The notes below the pieces were generated by a model that saw only the letters and a program-made list of their open reading frames with translations, ran no database searches and was not told the DNA's origin. Of a DNA stretch of 64,000 nt, positions 14,301 through 28,640 are shown piece by piece. Numbering within the stretch: the first letter of the stretch is position 1; the number at the start of each line of letters is the position of its first letter. Source of the stretch: Eledone cirrhosa (Eukaryota); assembly GCA_964016885.1 (NCBI GenBank), contig OZ024745.1:27838001-27902000 (forward strand). Direction: 5' to 3'. The translations under genes and the position numbers were made by a program.

Positions 14301-17300
14301 TTGCAATAGTATTGCTGCTGTACTATATATTACAATAGTGTTGCTGCTGTACTTTATATTACAATAGTGTTGCTGCTGTACTATATATTACAGTAGTGTT
14401 GTTGCTGTACTATATATTGCAATAGTGTTGCTGCTGTGCTATATATTACAATAGTGTTGCTGCTGTACTATATATTACAATAGTATTGCTGCTGTGCTAT
14501 ATATTACAATAGTGTTGCTGCTGTACTATATATTACAATAGTATTGCTGCTGTACTATATATTGCAATAGTGTTGCTACTGTACTATATATTACAATAGT
14601 GTTGCTGCTGTACTATATATTGCAATAGTGTTGCTACTGTACTAAATATTACAATAGTGTTGCTACTGTACTATATATTACAATAGTGTTGCTACTGTAC
14701 TATATATTACAATAGTGTTGCTGCTGTGCTATATATTACAATAGTGTTGCTGCTGTACTATATATTGCAATAGTGTTGCTGCTGTGCTATATATTACAGT
14801 AGTATTGCTGCTGTACTATATATTACAATAGTGTTGCTGCTGTGCTATATATTACAATAGTGTTGCTGCTGTACTATATATTACAATAGTGTTGCTGCTG
14901 TACTATATATTACAATAGTGTTGCTGCTGTGCTATATATTACAATAGTGTTGCTGCTGTACTATATATTACAATAGTGTTGCTGCTGTACTATATATTAC
15001 AATAGTGTTGCTGCTGTGCTATATATTACAATAGTGTTTCTGCTGTACTATATATTACAATAGTGTTGCTGCTGTACTATATATTACAATAATGTTGCTG
15101 CTGTGCTATATATTACAATAGTGTTGCTGCTGTACTATATATTACAATAGTGTTGCTGCTGTACTATATATTACAATAGTGTTGCTGCTGTAGTATATAT
15201 TACAATAGTGTTGCTGCTGTACTATATATTACAATAGTGTTGCTGCTGTGCTATATATTGCAGTAGTATTGCTGCTGTACTATATATTACAATAGTGTTG
15301 CTGGTGTGCTATATATTACAATAGTGTTGCTGCTGTACTAAATATTACAATAGTTTGGCTGCTGTAGTATATATTACAATAGTGTTGCTGCTGTACTAAA
15401 TATTACAATAGTTTGGCTGCTGTAGTATATATTACAATAGTGTTGCTGCTGTACTAAATATTACAATAGTGTTGCTGCTGTACTAAATATTACAATAGTG
15501 TTGCTGCTGTACTAAATATTACAATAGTGTTGCTGCTGTACTATATATTACAATAGTGTTGCTGCTGTGCTATATATTACAATAGTGTTGCTGCTGTACT
15601 AAATATTACAATAGTGTTGCTGCTGTAGTATATATTACAATAGTGTTGCTGCTGTACTAAATATTACAATAGTGTTGCTGCTGTACTATATATTACAATA
15701 GTGTTGCTGCTGTACTATATATTACAGTAGTGTTGCTGCTGTGCTATATATTACAATAGTGTTGCTGCTGTACTATATATTACAATAGTGTTGCTGCTGT
15801 GCTATATATTACAATAGTGTTGCTGCTGTAATATATATTACAATAGTGTTGCTGCTGTGCTATATATTACAATAGTGTTGCTGCTGTGCTATATATTACA
15901 ATAGTGTTGCTGCTGTACTATATATTACAATAGTGTTGCTGCTGTACTATATATTACAATAGTGTTGCTGCTGTACTATATATTACAATAGTGTTGCTGC
16001 TGTACTATATATTACAATAGTGTTGCTGCTGTACTAAATATTACAATAGTGTTGCTGCTGTACTATATATTACAATAGTGTTGCTGCTGTACTATATATT
16101 GCAATAGTGTTGGTACTGTACTATATATTACAATAGTGTTGCTGCTGTACTATATATTACAATAGTGTTGCTGCTGTACTAAATATTACAATAGTGTTGC
16201 TGCTGTACTATATATTGCAATAGTGTTGCTACTGTACTAAATATTACAATAGTGTTGCTGCTGTACTATATATTGCAATAGTGTTGCTGCTGTACTAAAT
16301 ATTGTAATAGTATTGCTTCTGTACTATATATTACAATAGTATTGCTGCTGTAGTATATATTACAATAGTGTTGCTGCTATACTATATATTACAATAGTAT
16401 TGCTGCTGTACTATATATTACAATAGTATTGCTGCTGTACTATATATTACAATAGTGTTGCTGCTGTACTATATATTACAATAGTGTTGCTGCTGTACTA
16501 TATATTGCAATAGTGTTGCTGCTGTACTATATATTACAATAGTGTTGCTGCTGTGGTATATATTACAATAGTATTGCTGCTGTACTATATATTACAATAG
16601 TGTTGCTGCTGTGCTATATATTATAATAGTGTTGCTGCTGTGGTATATATTACAATAGTATTGCTGCTGTACTATATATTACAATAGTGTTGCTGCTGTG
16701 CTATATATTATAATAGTGTTGCTGCTGTGGTATATATTACAATAGTATTGCTGCTGTACTATATATTACAATAGTGTTGCTGCTGTACTATATATTATAA
16801 TAGTGTTGCTGCTGTAGTATATATTACAATAGTGTTGCTGCTGTACTATATATTACAATAGTGTTGCTGCTGTACTATATATTACAATAGTGTTGCTGCT
16901 GTACTATATATTACAATAGTGTTGCTGCTGTACTATATATTACAATAGTGTTGCTGCTGTACTATATATTACAATAGTGTTGCTGCTGTACTATATATTA
17001 CAATAGTGTTGCTGCTGTTCTATATATTGCAATAGTGTTGCTGCTGTACTATATATTACAATAGTGTTGCTGCTGTGCTATATATTACAATAGTGTTGCT
17101 GCTGTTCTATATATTACAATAGTGTTGCTGCTGTACTATATATTACAATAGTGTTGCTGCTGTACTATATATTACAATAGTGTTGCTGCTGTACTATATA
17201 TTACAATAGTGTTGCTGCTGTACTATATATTACAATAGTGTTGCTGCTGTACTATATATTACAATAGTGTTGCTGCTGTACTATATATTACAATAGTGTT

Positions 17301-17745
17301 GCTGCTGTACTATATATTACAATAGTGTTGCTACTGTACTATATATTACAATAGTGTTGCTACTGTACTATATATTACAATAGTGTTGCTGCTGTACTAT
17401 ATATTACAATAGTGTTGCTGCTGTACTATATATTACAATAGTGTTGCTGCTGTACTATATATTACAATAGTGTTGCTGCTGTACTATATATTACAATAGT
17501 GTTGCTGCTGTACTATATATTACAATAGTGTTGCTGCTGTACTATATATTACAATAGTGTTGCTGCTGTACTATATATTACAATAGTGTTGCTGCTGTAC
17601 TATATATTACAATAGTATTGCTGCTGTACTATATATTACAATAGTGTTGCTGCTGTACTATATATTGTAATAGTATTGCTGCTGTACTATACATTACAAT
17701 AGTGTTGCTACTGTACTATATATTACAATAGTGTTGCTGCTGTGC
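2378..17745. repeat. 29-bp tandem satellite array, ~530 units, consensus (A/G)CAATAGTGTTGCTGCTGTA(C/G)TATATATT
   Basis: Uninterrupted 29-bp periodicity over 15.4 kb. Copy number is length divided by 29. Confidence 0.99.
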
Positions 17746-17826
17746 CTTTGCTTGCTGCAGCTATTGTTGTTGATGTCAGTTTTTTTATAAATCTATTTGT
17801 ATTTTTATTCCGCTTCTACTGCTGCA

Positions 17827-17827
<1 letters not shown>

Positions 17828-17883
<56 letters not shown>
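17828..17883. repeat. (CTG)n microsatellite
   Basis: Direct reading. Confidence 0.95.
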
Positions 17884-17995
17884 AACCGGGGTGCAGGTGT
17901 GCATAAATTTATGTTTGTATAAATGTAAACACGTACATCACATACTTGCACACACACATACACACACGTATATATATATATATGTGTGTGTGTTG

Positions 17996-18039
<44 letters not shown>

Positions 18040-18304
18040 ATTTATGTATGTACATGAATGAATATATATCAACTTTTCAAACTCACATGTATAAAAATTG
18101 TTCAAATATCTACATCGCACCCACAACACACACGCACACAAAACACAAGCACATGCATACATAGACACAACACACTCGCAAAACACACGCAACATACACA
18201 CACTCATATATACATGTAATTGGGTATTTTAAAACCTGCAAAGTCCACCACTCTCCAGGTCGGCTCACAGTCGAGTTCTTCCAAAGAAAGAAAGATATAC
18301 AAAG

Positions 18305-18460
18305 GAAGAATCGACCCTAGTACTCCACTATGATTCCATTTCTTGACCTCGGAAGGATGAAAGGCAAAGTTAACCTTGGCTAGATTTGAACTCAGGGTCT
18401 AGAAATACGGGGTATTTTTAATCTGACACCATGTATAGGTTTAGCTACCATAACAAGCGC
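18305..18460 (-). mobile_element. tRNA-derived SINE, degenerate
   Basis: gaaggatgaaaggcaaagttaaccttggc..atttgaactcag is the reverse complement of the SINE core. Confidence 0.75.
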
Positions 18461-18464
18461 AAAA

Positions 18465-18528
<64 letters not shown>

Positions 18529-18599
18529 TTAAAGAGTTAAACACTACCTTGATTAAATCTTAACCATTTAACATGTCAGGGTTGGGGATGTATCATTTT

Positions 18600-18665
18600 A
18601 TTTTATCTGATGAGGACGTACTATTGAACTTGATTCAAGTACCTTTGAAATATGTATAATAAAAT
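18600..18665 (+). ncRNA. Minimal type I hammerhead ribozyme (PLE-type)
   Basis: Stem I attttat/ataaaat; CTGATGA 18607-18613; stem II ggacgtac..ttgaa-loop-ttcaa-gtaccttt; GAAA 18647-18650; short stem III t-atgt-a; AUA cleavage triplet 18656-18658. Lies in a cassette between (TA)n tracts. Confidence 0.75.
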
Positions 18666-18749
18666 TTAATTGATCACAAGAACATCTATTTTATTAATAT
18701 TTGAATTTAATATATATATATATATATAATATAATATAACTTCATGTCG

Positions 18750-18793
<44 letters not shown>

Positions 18794-18797
<4 letters not shown>

Positions 18798-18993
18798 GTT
18801 CGGGTAAAATGTTTATAGGTTGACCAAGATACTCTCATGAAATGACCAGATGAGGTGTATTTTTTTTAAATATTCCCTGGAAAGAAACACTTTAGTTATT
18901 TATAAATAAGAGTAAATATTAATGCATGCAAAATTTCACAGTTCTAGCATCACTCCTTCATAGTCAGCCTATGAACTTTTTCGTCGACCTTCA
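18794..18993. mobile_element. Tc1/mariner-type non-autonomous element (MITE), internally deleted
   Basis: Imperfect TIRs tgaggttcgggtaaaatgtttataggttgacca / tagtcagcctatgaactttttcgtcgaccttca. The left end follows a TA in a (TA)n tract. Confidence 0.65.
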
Positions 18994-19011
18994 CACACAC
19001 ACACACACAAA

Positions 19012-19110
<99 letters not shown>

Positions 19111-19520
19111 ACATATATAATCGATATAACGCTGGCAAATGCACTCAACAGTAATTCTATTGTAAAAAGGGCAACTTTGCTTAAAGATAAAATGTTAGAT
19201 GTCTATGGGTGGTGTTATTAAAACAATACAGAAATTGTGATGCACATTCCATTGATCATTAAGGGTGCGATTAATATCACATGTTACATGCACTAAACTG
19301 GGAATCGAAACCGGATGGCAGACTCTAAACACTGACAATTTATTTTATATTTATCTGCTCTTGTATTTACCTCGTGTCAACATTTCTTCAAATTCCTTCC
19401 CAGCATGTTAAGTATATTTTAAGTTCACTATTTTTTCTACTTCGTTTTTTTTTTACACCACCCCTTTCTATAATTCTTCCTTCCTTCCATCTTTCTTTCT
19501 TTTTCTTTTTGTTGTTGTTA

Positions 19521-19589
19521 TTCTTCTTCTTCTTCTTCTTCTTCTTCTTCTTCTTCTTCTTCTTCTTCTTCTTCTTCTTCTTCTTCTTT
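19521..19589. repeat. (CTT)n microsatellite
   Basis: Direct reading. Confidence 0.95.
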
Positions 19590-19810
19590 CCCTCCCCCCC
19601 CCTTTCTATTATCGCTTTTCATTTTTGTACTTTGCTTCCGTTGTTTTCTTCGTTGTATAAAAGCTTTCTCTTAATTTTCCCATATAACATTACACTCTCC
19701 TTATCTATGGTCAACAAACTCAGCTGACATCCATCTCATTTTCATCACAATTTATTTATTTTTCCTCATAGTGCATCATCTCTATTTCGTTTCTTTTTTT
19801 TTTTCATTTC

Positions 19811-19856
<46 letters not shown>

Positions 19857-20689
19857 GTGTGTGCATGTATGTGCACGCGCGTGTTTATATATGTTGAATG
19901 TATGTATGTTTGTGTGCATGTATGTATGTATATATGTTTGTGTGCATGTATATATGTATGTATGAATGTATGTATGTTTGTGTGCATGTATGTATGTATG
20001 TATATATGTGTGTATGTATGTATGTATGTATGTATGTATGTATGCATGAATACAGACATCTAACTTGCTAGCTAGCCAGCTACCAAGTTTCTATCTGTCC
20101 GCATATCTATTTTATTAATTCCTCCCTAAACACTTTCTCTTTTACTCATTGTTTCTCTCTCTCTCTCTCTCTCTCTTCCTCTCCCCCTCTCTCTCTCTCT
20201 CTAACTACCTGTCTCTCTATATCTCTCTCACTATGCACTTTTCTCCAGCCTTTCTTTCAATTTCTCTTCCGTCCTCCCTTCCTATCTTCCTTTCTTCATC
20301 TCACTTCTCTGACTGTCCTCCTCTGTCCGTCAATTTATTGCCTCTCCTCCTCATTATTATATTTTTCTCCTAGCATCTCGTTTCACTCTCAACACCACTC
20401 TCTTATAAGCGGGAGTGACTTTATAATTACTCTATATATGCCTTATTTCCACATTGACGTCTGCTAAACTTTTCACTTCTTCAATTATAAAACATCGTAT
20501 TTGCTTAAAACCCCTGATTCACTCAGTGGAAATCACTGGTTACTGTTTCACTTCCTTCGACTCTGATATCTGAAGAAAAAAAGAAAAAAAATAGAAGCAA
20601 ATTATACACTTTCGCCAACATTTTCTCCCATGTTAACCCATCTTAAACTTACAAGAATGCATTTTGTTTAGATGCATATTAAAATATGG

Positions 20690-21403
20690 GAACGTGTTGA
20701 AGCATATAAGCACATACAAAGAGACGCGCGTGGTTTCGCACATTACTCGCACGCAAACGTACCTGAACAAACACAGACATATAGGCATAGATTCCAGCCT
20801 AGACATTTATATTCACAAACACGAATACGAATGCATGCATTAACACAAACAAGCATACATATCTGCAAACATACATTACATACCTGCATACATTCTGATA
20901 TGCACGCACGCGCATACGCATATACAAATACGCATTTTGCCGCCGTCGCGACCAGCGCACACAAACACATGCTTAGGCATTGCCACATTCACAAGCTCAG
21001 ATAAATAGATAGACAGACTGACACACACATTCGCACACACACACACGCATACACGCGCGTGTACCCGCACACACATGCGTGCATACACGCACGCGTAAAC
21101 ATAGATACACACACTTGGAGATATGTGTATATGCATGTGGATGTGTGTGTTTGTGCTTGTGTGTGTGTGTATTTGCGTGTATAAATGAATAGATTATTGC
21201 CAAATTAACTCGACAGAATTTTAGAAAAAAAAGAGACGAGGAGTGAGGGAAAGAAGTGGGGGGGATAGAAAAGTGACCCCCCCCCCACACACACACACAA
21301 AACTCAGAGTAACAACAACAACAACAACAAAAAAAAACGCGTTAAAGCAAACCAAATTCCTAAAAAAAAACCCAGAAATATTGTAGCGTACCGTGGTGGC
21401 AGG
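20690..21403 (+). promoter_or_regulatory. Candidate promoter/5' UTR region (CpG-enriched, TATAAAT at 21180)
   Basis: Visibly more CG/CGCG than the surrounding DNA. TATA-like motif ~220 bp upstream of a strong-Kozak ATG (aggATGg, 21404). No transcript evidence. Confidence 0.3.
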
Positions 21404-21723
21404 ATGGCTGCAGTAACGGTTGCAACAGCGGCCACAGGAAGAGATGTGATGGGTAAAAGAGATGTTAGAAGACATATGAACAACGGTGAAGCGTTCGCCA
21501 ACGCGAAACAGCAAGAGAAGGAACAACAGTCGAGAAATCAACTCCTGTTTTCACAGACATCCTCCACAACACAAGCAGTATCAACAACAACAACAACACC
21601 AGCAACAGCAACAACAGACTTCTTGGCGTCATTTGCAAAGACGAGGACAACAGTTGTGACAACGACACAACCGAAAGTTGAAAGCTTTCATCCAAGCATG
21701 CAGAACGGATCTTTAACCGCTTG
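21404..21723 (+). CDS. Candidate first coding exon (Thr/Gln-rich low-complexity N-terminus), possibly of the RASD-family gene
   Basis: Largely non-repeat ORF with strong Kozak context and higher GC, which falls to AT-rich DNA right after a TG|GTACAG donor-like site (21724). Its phase 2 end matches the acceptor at 53978. The donor is weak and no homology was recognised. Confidence 0.35.
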
Positions 21724-21924
21724 GTACAGCTTAAAACTTTTTTCATACGCTTTACATGATAATGTATATTATATTTTGTTCATGTATTAATTGATAATTA
21801 ATTGATTTATTGATTTATTGATTTATTTTATTTTATTTTATTTTTCACATGAATTGCTTTCATCAAACTTAAATTTACTTTTATGTAATTTTTGCTAAGA
21901 TAATAATAATTACTATTATTATTA

Positions 21925-22110
21925 TGGATTAGCAGTATCGGTAGAGCGTCGGACACCATGCTTTGCAGTATAGAGTTACGAGCCTTTACGTTCTGAGTTC
22001 AAATCTCGCCGAGGTTAACTTTGCCTTTCATCCTTACGGGGGGTCGATAAAATAAAGTACCAGTAATGTACTGGGCAATTGCTAGCCTTGTGCCTAAAGT
22101 AGAAACTATT
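21925..22110 (+). mobile_element. tRNA-derived octopus-type SINE (short-tail variant)
   Basis: A-box-like tagcagtatcgg; B-box gttcaaatc; core gaggttaactttgcctttcatcc..gtcgataaaataaagtaccag; tail ccttgtgcctaaagtagaaac. Confidence 0.85.
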
Positions 22111-22217
22111 ATTATTATTACTACTATTATTTTATATATGATCCTTACTTGCGTAGTTTTGTTGCATGCTTCAATAGCATATATAAGTGTTGTGGGGATG
22201 TGTAGTTGGTTGTGTGT

Positions 22218-22219
<2 letters not shown>

Positions 22220-22261
<42 letters not shown>

Positions 22262-22582
22262 ACGTGTTTGTGTGCATGTATGTGTGTGTGTTTATATGTG
22301 TGTGCATGTATGTGTGTGTGTGTGTGTGCATGTGCATGTGTGTGTGTGTGCACGTGTTTGTGTGCATGTATGTGTGTGTGTGTGTGTATGTGCATGTGTG
22401 TGTGTGTGCACGTGTTTGTGTGCATGTATGTGTGTGTGTTTATATGTGTGTGCATGTATGTGTGTGTGTGTGTATGTGTGTATGTGTGTGTGTGTGTGCA
22501 CGTGTTTGTGTGCATGTATGTGTGTGTGTTTATATGTGTGTGCATGTATATGTGTGTGTAAGTGTGTGTGTGTATGTGTGCA

Positions 22583-22617
<35 letters not shown>

Positions 22618-22830
22618 CACAGAAAGACACAAACGTACACAATTGATAACCAGCATCTTAGTTTTAAATTTGTGAGTTTGTGTGTTTGTGTGTTTGTGTG
22701 AGTGTGTGTGTGTGTGCTTATGTGTGTGTCTGAGTGCGTGAGTATATATATATGTGTATGTACGTGTGTAATGTGTGTATGCGTATATATGTGTGTATGT
22801 ATGTTTGTATGTTTGTATGTATGTATGTGT
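22220..22830. repeat. Compound (TG)n microsatellite with higher-order units (gtgcacgtgtttgtgtgcatgtat...)
   Basis: Direct reading. The unit recurs at 22258, 22348, 22406 and 22496. Confidence 0.9.
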
Positions 22831-22885
22831 ATTCTTCTTTCCTTCAATTGTTTTCAACACGTCGAGCAAGCTCATACTAAAAAAA

Positions 22886-23040
22886 ACCAATAACACCATC
22901 CGTAACAACAATAACAACAACAACACCAATACCACCAACAACAACAACACCAATACCAACAACAACAACAACAACAATACCAACAACAACTACAACAACA
23001 ACTACAACAACAACATTAAATACTATAACTACCAACAAGC
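22886..23040. repeat. Degenerate (AAC)n microsatellite
   Basis: Direct reading. Confidence 0.9.
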
Positions 23041-23089
23041 AAACGATACAAACACGAACACATGGCATTTGATGATTGCAAATCCTAGT

Positions 23090-24551
23090 GAATATATGTG
23101 ACGGTATGTATAATGTGTATATCTGAATATATGTGACGGTGTGTATAATGTGTATATCTGAATATATTTGACGGCGTGTATAATGTGTATATCTGAATAT
23201 ATGTGACGGTGTGTATACAGTGTATATCTTAATATATGTGACGGTATGTATAATGTGTATATCTGAATATATGTGACGGTGTGTATAATCTGTATATCTG
23301 AATATATGTGACGGCATGTATACAGTGTATATCTGAATATATGTGACAGCATGTATAATGTGTATATCTGAATATATGTGACGGCATGTATAATGTGTAT
23401 ATCTTAATATATGTGACGGCATGTATAATGTGTATATCTGAATATATGTGACGGCATGTATAATGTGTATATCTTAATATATGTGACAGCATGTATAATG
23501 TGTATATCTTAATATATGTGACGGTGTGTATATAGTGTATATCTGAACATATGTGACGGTATGTATAATGTGTATATCTGAACGTGTGTGACGGTGTGTA
23601 TATAGTGTATATCTGAATATATATGACGGCATGTATAATGTGTATATCTGAATATATATGACGGTATGTATAATGTGTATATCTGAACGTGTATGACGGT
23701 GTGTATATAGTGTATATCTGAATATATATGACGATATGTGTAATGTGTATATCTGAATATATGTGACGGCGTGTATAATGTGTATATCTGAATATATGTG
23801 ACGGCGTGTATAATGTGTATATCTGAATATATGTGACGGCGTGTATAATGTGTATATCTGAATATATGTGACGGCGTGTATAATGTGTATATCTGAATAT
23901 ATGTGACGGCGTGTATAATGTGTATATCTGAATATATATGACGGCGTGTATAATGTGTATATCTGAATATATGTGACGGCGTGTATAATGTGTATATCTG
24001 AATATATATGGCGGCGTGTATAATGTGTATATCTGAATATATGTGACGGCGTGTATAATGTGTATATCTGAATATATGACGGCATGTATAATGTGTATAT
24101 CTGAATATATATGACGGCGTGTATAATGTGTATATCTGAATATATTTGACGGCGTGTATAATGTGTATATCTGAATATATGTGACGGCGTGTATATAGTG
24201 TATATCTGAATATATGTGACGGCGTGTATAATGTGTATATCTGAATATATATGACGGCGTGTATAATGTGTATATCTGAATATATGTGACGGCGTGTATA
24301 TAGTGTATATCTGAATATATGTGACGGCGTGTATATAGTGTATATCTGAATATATGTGACGGCGTGTATAATGTGTATATCTGAATATATATGACGGCGT
24401 GTATATAGTGTATATCTGAATATATGTGACGGCGTGTATAATGTGTATATCTGAATATATGTGACGGCGTGTATAATGTGTATATCTGAATATATATGAC
24501 GGCGTGTATAATGTGTATATCTGAATATATATGACGGCGTGTATATAGTGC
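23090..24551. repeat. 35-bp minisatellite, ~42 units, consensus GAATATATGTGACGGCGTGTATAATGTGTATATCT
   Basis: Direct reading of periodicity. Confidence 0.98.
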
Positions 24552-24589
24552 ACACTAAAATGTTGTTGCTCCTCGTTTAAGGGTATTAG

Positions 24590-24775
24590 GGTGGGTTGGC
24601 AGTATCGGTAGAGAGTCGGACGCCATGCTTTGCAGCAAAGAGTTACGGCCCTTTATGATCTGAGTTCAAATCCCGGCGAGGTTGACTTTGCCTTTCATCC
24701 TTACGGGGTCGATAAAATAAAGTACCAGTAATACACTGGTATTTGCTGGCCTTGTGCCAATAGTAGAAACAATTA
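24590..24775 (+). mobile_element. tRNA-derived SINE (short-tail variant)
   Basis: tggcagtatcgg A box, gttcaaatcc B box, same core and tail as 21925. Confidence 0.85.
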
Positions 24776-24845
24776 TATGTTGTCATCGTTTTTGTTGTTA
24801 GTATGAGGTTGTTGTTCCAACAACACCTCATCCACCCTCCTCTTA

Positions 24846-25617
<772 letters not shown>

Positions 25618-26008
25618 TCTCATAGTATCACCATAGCACATTCTCTGCTACGTCGTCTTCAGCCCAACAGCTGTCTTATCAGCAGCACACCGTTTAGTTT
25701 ATAAACACATTTCTGCCTATTTGCACATGTGTTCGTGTGTCTGTGACTGACGATGTAAATACAAACACGAGTAAATACACAAATCAAATATATGCACCTG
25801 TAAACACCTGTCAAACATACTCGAGGTATCTTTAGGTTTGTTGGTTCACCACTGGATAGAATTGGTCATTCCGTATGGTCAATCTTGGTGTAATATTGTG
25901 GAGAGTACTCAACGTAGTGCAGTTCACCCGTCTTCGTTTGTGTAGTTGATCATGGTATAATAAACCTTTCAAGGATTTACACCAGTCCAGCCTCCTGTTA
26001 TTTCATTT

Positions 26009-26110
<102 letters not shown>

Positions 26111-26184
26111 ATAATAATAAATTTGAAGACTAAAATCCAAAGAGGGCTTGATAAGGATAAAATATATTAATATATATATATATA

Positions 26185-26302
26185 TAACGAAGGAGGTGTG
26201 GTAAGGAACCAGATGGACCATAACACACCAGAGTACTCAATACCGTCCAGAAATAGCCGTCGCAATGGCTTGAGCTCTGCCGTCGGGGTTAAACATTTTC
26301 CT
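26185..26302 (+). mobile_element. (TA)n-bounded PLE-like cassette containing a hammerhead 3' half
   Basis: gccgtc-gcaa-tggc-ttgagctct-gccg-TC-gggg. Relatives at 39735-39790 (-), 51380-51445 (-) and 58996-59030 (+). The left part matches 38818-38895 and 59040-59120. Confidence 0.55.
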
Positions 26303-26448
26303 ATATATATATATATATACAAATGACTTTTACTAGAACTGTTTGTAGTCCTGTAGAAGTCATTTCTATATATATTAACAAATGCATATACTCTACCAAT
26401 GTATTGAGTACCTTTTCAAACTGTAATTATCCTCGGACAGAGCTCGTG

Positions 26449-26573
<125 letters not shown>

Positions 26574-26861
26574 GAACAAAGAATCTGTGTTTCATCATAT
26601 ACATATTTAATTACATATTACATATGTTTCACTGTTGATCAGCTCGAGGAACGATCTGTTAATGATCGAACCTGTCTCTGGAATCGGAAGCTTTTCAGAT
26701 ATGTGTTAACATGTAGACTCACGTCTGAGACTGGTTTAATATTATCCCGATTCCTTTTTATATGGTACCACAAACTCTGTCATGGGAGTGTGTCAACACC
26801 GTATTCTACTTGTTGGTTTGTACTCGGTCAAATCACTGTTGGGGTACCCTATAATTTAGCG

Positions 26862-26892
<31 letters not shown>

Positions 26893-26901
<9 letters not shown>

Positions 26902-27240
26902 TAAAAAGGAAAAGAAAATGCTGACAAATTTTTCCCAGTGAAAAATAGTTTAATTAGGAATAAGTATAAATTAGTAATAAGTATTAGTTAGTATTGTTTA
27001 GAGCAATAAGTATTAGTTAGTATTGTTTAGAGCAAAAATCACGAGCACTCTATCTCAAAATTATTTTTGAAAAGCATAAGAAATGCGCAACCGGTAAAAA
27101 CTTAAAACTAAAAACAATACTAACCAATACTTATTACTAATTTATTACTAATTTATTACTAATTTATACTTATTGCTAATTAAACTATTTTTCACTGGGA
27201 AAAATTTGTCAGCATTTTCTTTTCCTTTTTACTAATATAT
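26893..27240. repeat. Fold-back inverted repeat (~110-bp arms) around a mutated U3-A8 hammerhead motif (27064-27100)
   Basis: 26893-26999 is the reverse complement of 27111-27240. The centre reads ttt-TTGAAAA-gcat-aagaa-atgc-GcAA-ccgg-TA-aaa. Confidence 0.8.
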
Positions 27241-27279
27241 CACAACTCGTGTGTCACACCTCTATTTTTTTTTTATATT

Positions 27280-27323
<44 letters not shown>

Positions 27324-27467
27324 GGGAGAGTACTTTATGTGGTTTGTGAATACCCTTGTTCATATGTGCTCATAGTAAATCAATCAATATACATGTATTT
27401 ATGTTTCTGTGCTATACACATGTATATATGTATGTAAATATATATATGTGTGTGTATGCATGTATGA

Positions 27468-27582
<115 letters not shown>

Positions 27583-27929
27583 TGTGTGTGTGTGTGTGCA
27601 TGTATGATTATATATATATGTGTGTGTGTGTATGTATTTATGTATATATGTACGTATGTATGTACGTTCATATAATGTCCTTGATACTTATGCATGAATA
27701 ATTTTGCAACGCATATGTATCCCTGCACGTGAGCCATTTCGGTATGTCTATAAACCTATGCGTGTGTCTGTATGCATGTATGCATGTAAACGTGAGAGGA
27801 CCAAAACAAAATAGTGCCCTTAAATCTTGCATTGTTTTCTTTTGATTGCTGTTATTTAGTCATAGATCATCTTTGAATGACAGACTTCTGATCAAAGGTG
27901 TCACGCATTGACCATCTCATCCTATTTGC

Positions 27930-28023
27930 TGCCTTGCCTTTCATCCTTACGGGGTCGATAAAATAAAGTACCAGTAATGTACTGGGTAATTGCTGGCCTT
28001 GTGCCTAAAGTAGAAACAATTAT
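27930..28023 (+). mobile_element. 5'-truncated SINE (short-tail variant)
   Basis: Nearly identical to 35205-35293. Confidence 0.85.
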
Positions 28024-28640
28024 CGTATTGCCTCAAACTGTGAGAAAAAAAAATTAGAGCGTAAATGTGAAACTGGCTTTCCGACGAATTAGTTAAATAG
28101 ACAGGTCGGATTTGGCTGCTATTTCTAGCTCATAGATTTACTCCGAAACATTCTTGCCTTCTGCATTTTCTTTTCCTGTTGTTATAGTTACTGATAATGC
28201 TGTGGCTATTACTGTTGTAATTTTTATCTATATTCAAGACCAATAAGCTTCAATGTGTGTTTATTACACCTACATAAGAATTCCCTTCTGTCCGAGTCTG
28301 TTTAACTGTTGGTGGCTCTACCGTTCGAACTCGCCACCTAAGCTAACATGATAACTGGTTCTCAATAACACCGTGTACTTAGATATATACTGACACCACG
28401 TGATGGTAGTGTTATTTAAGCCCGCAGAAATGCTGAGTCCGTTGTAAAATTCTTCTACAACTTTAGTGAGGCATTGAATTTACTAAGCCGATACAAATTT
28501 ATTTCTGGCATACTAACATTATGTATAGTGTATTTTCTTACGTTTCCACATAGCTACAGTTTTGTGGTGGGGAGGATGTAGTTCTTTGAGGGCTCCCTCT
28601 CAACAATACGACCAGGATGTTGTTATTTAGTCTTAATTCG

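Noticed and set aside
2378-17745. CRISPR-like array or poly-Q ORFs (QYILQQQHYCNIYYSS)
   Set aside because: Contiguous 29-bp units with no unique spacers, no cas genes and a eukaryotic context. The ORFs are translations of the satellite.
23474-24555. 359-aa and 348-aa minus-strand ORFs
   Set aside because: The 35-bp unit lacks stops on that strand, so multiple frames stay open. Not evidence of coding.
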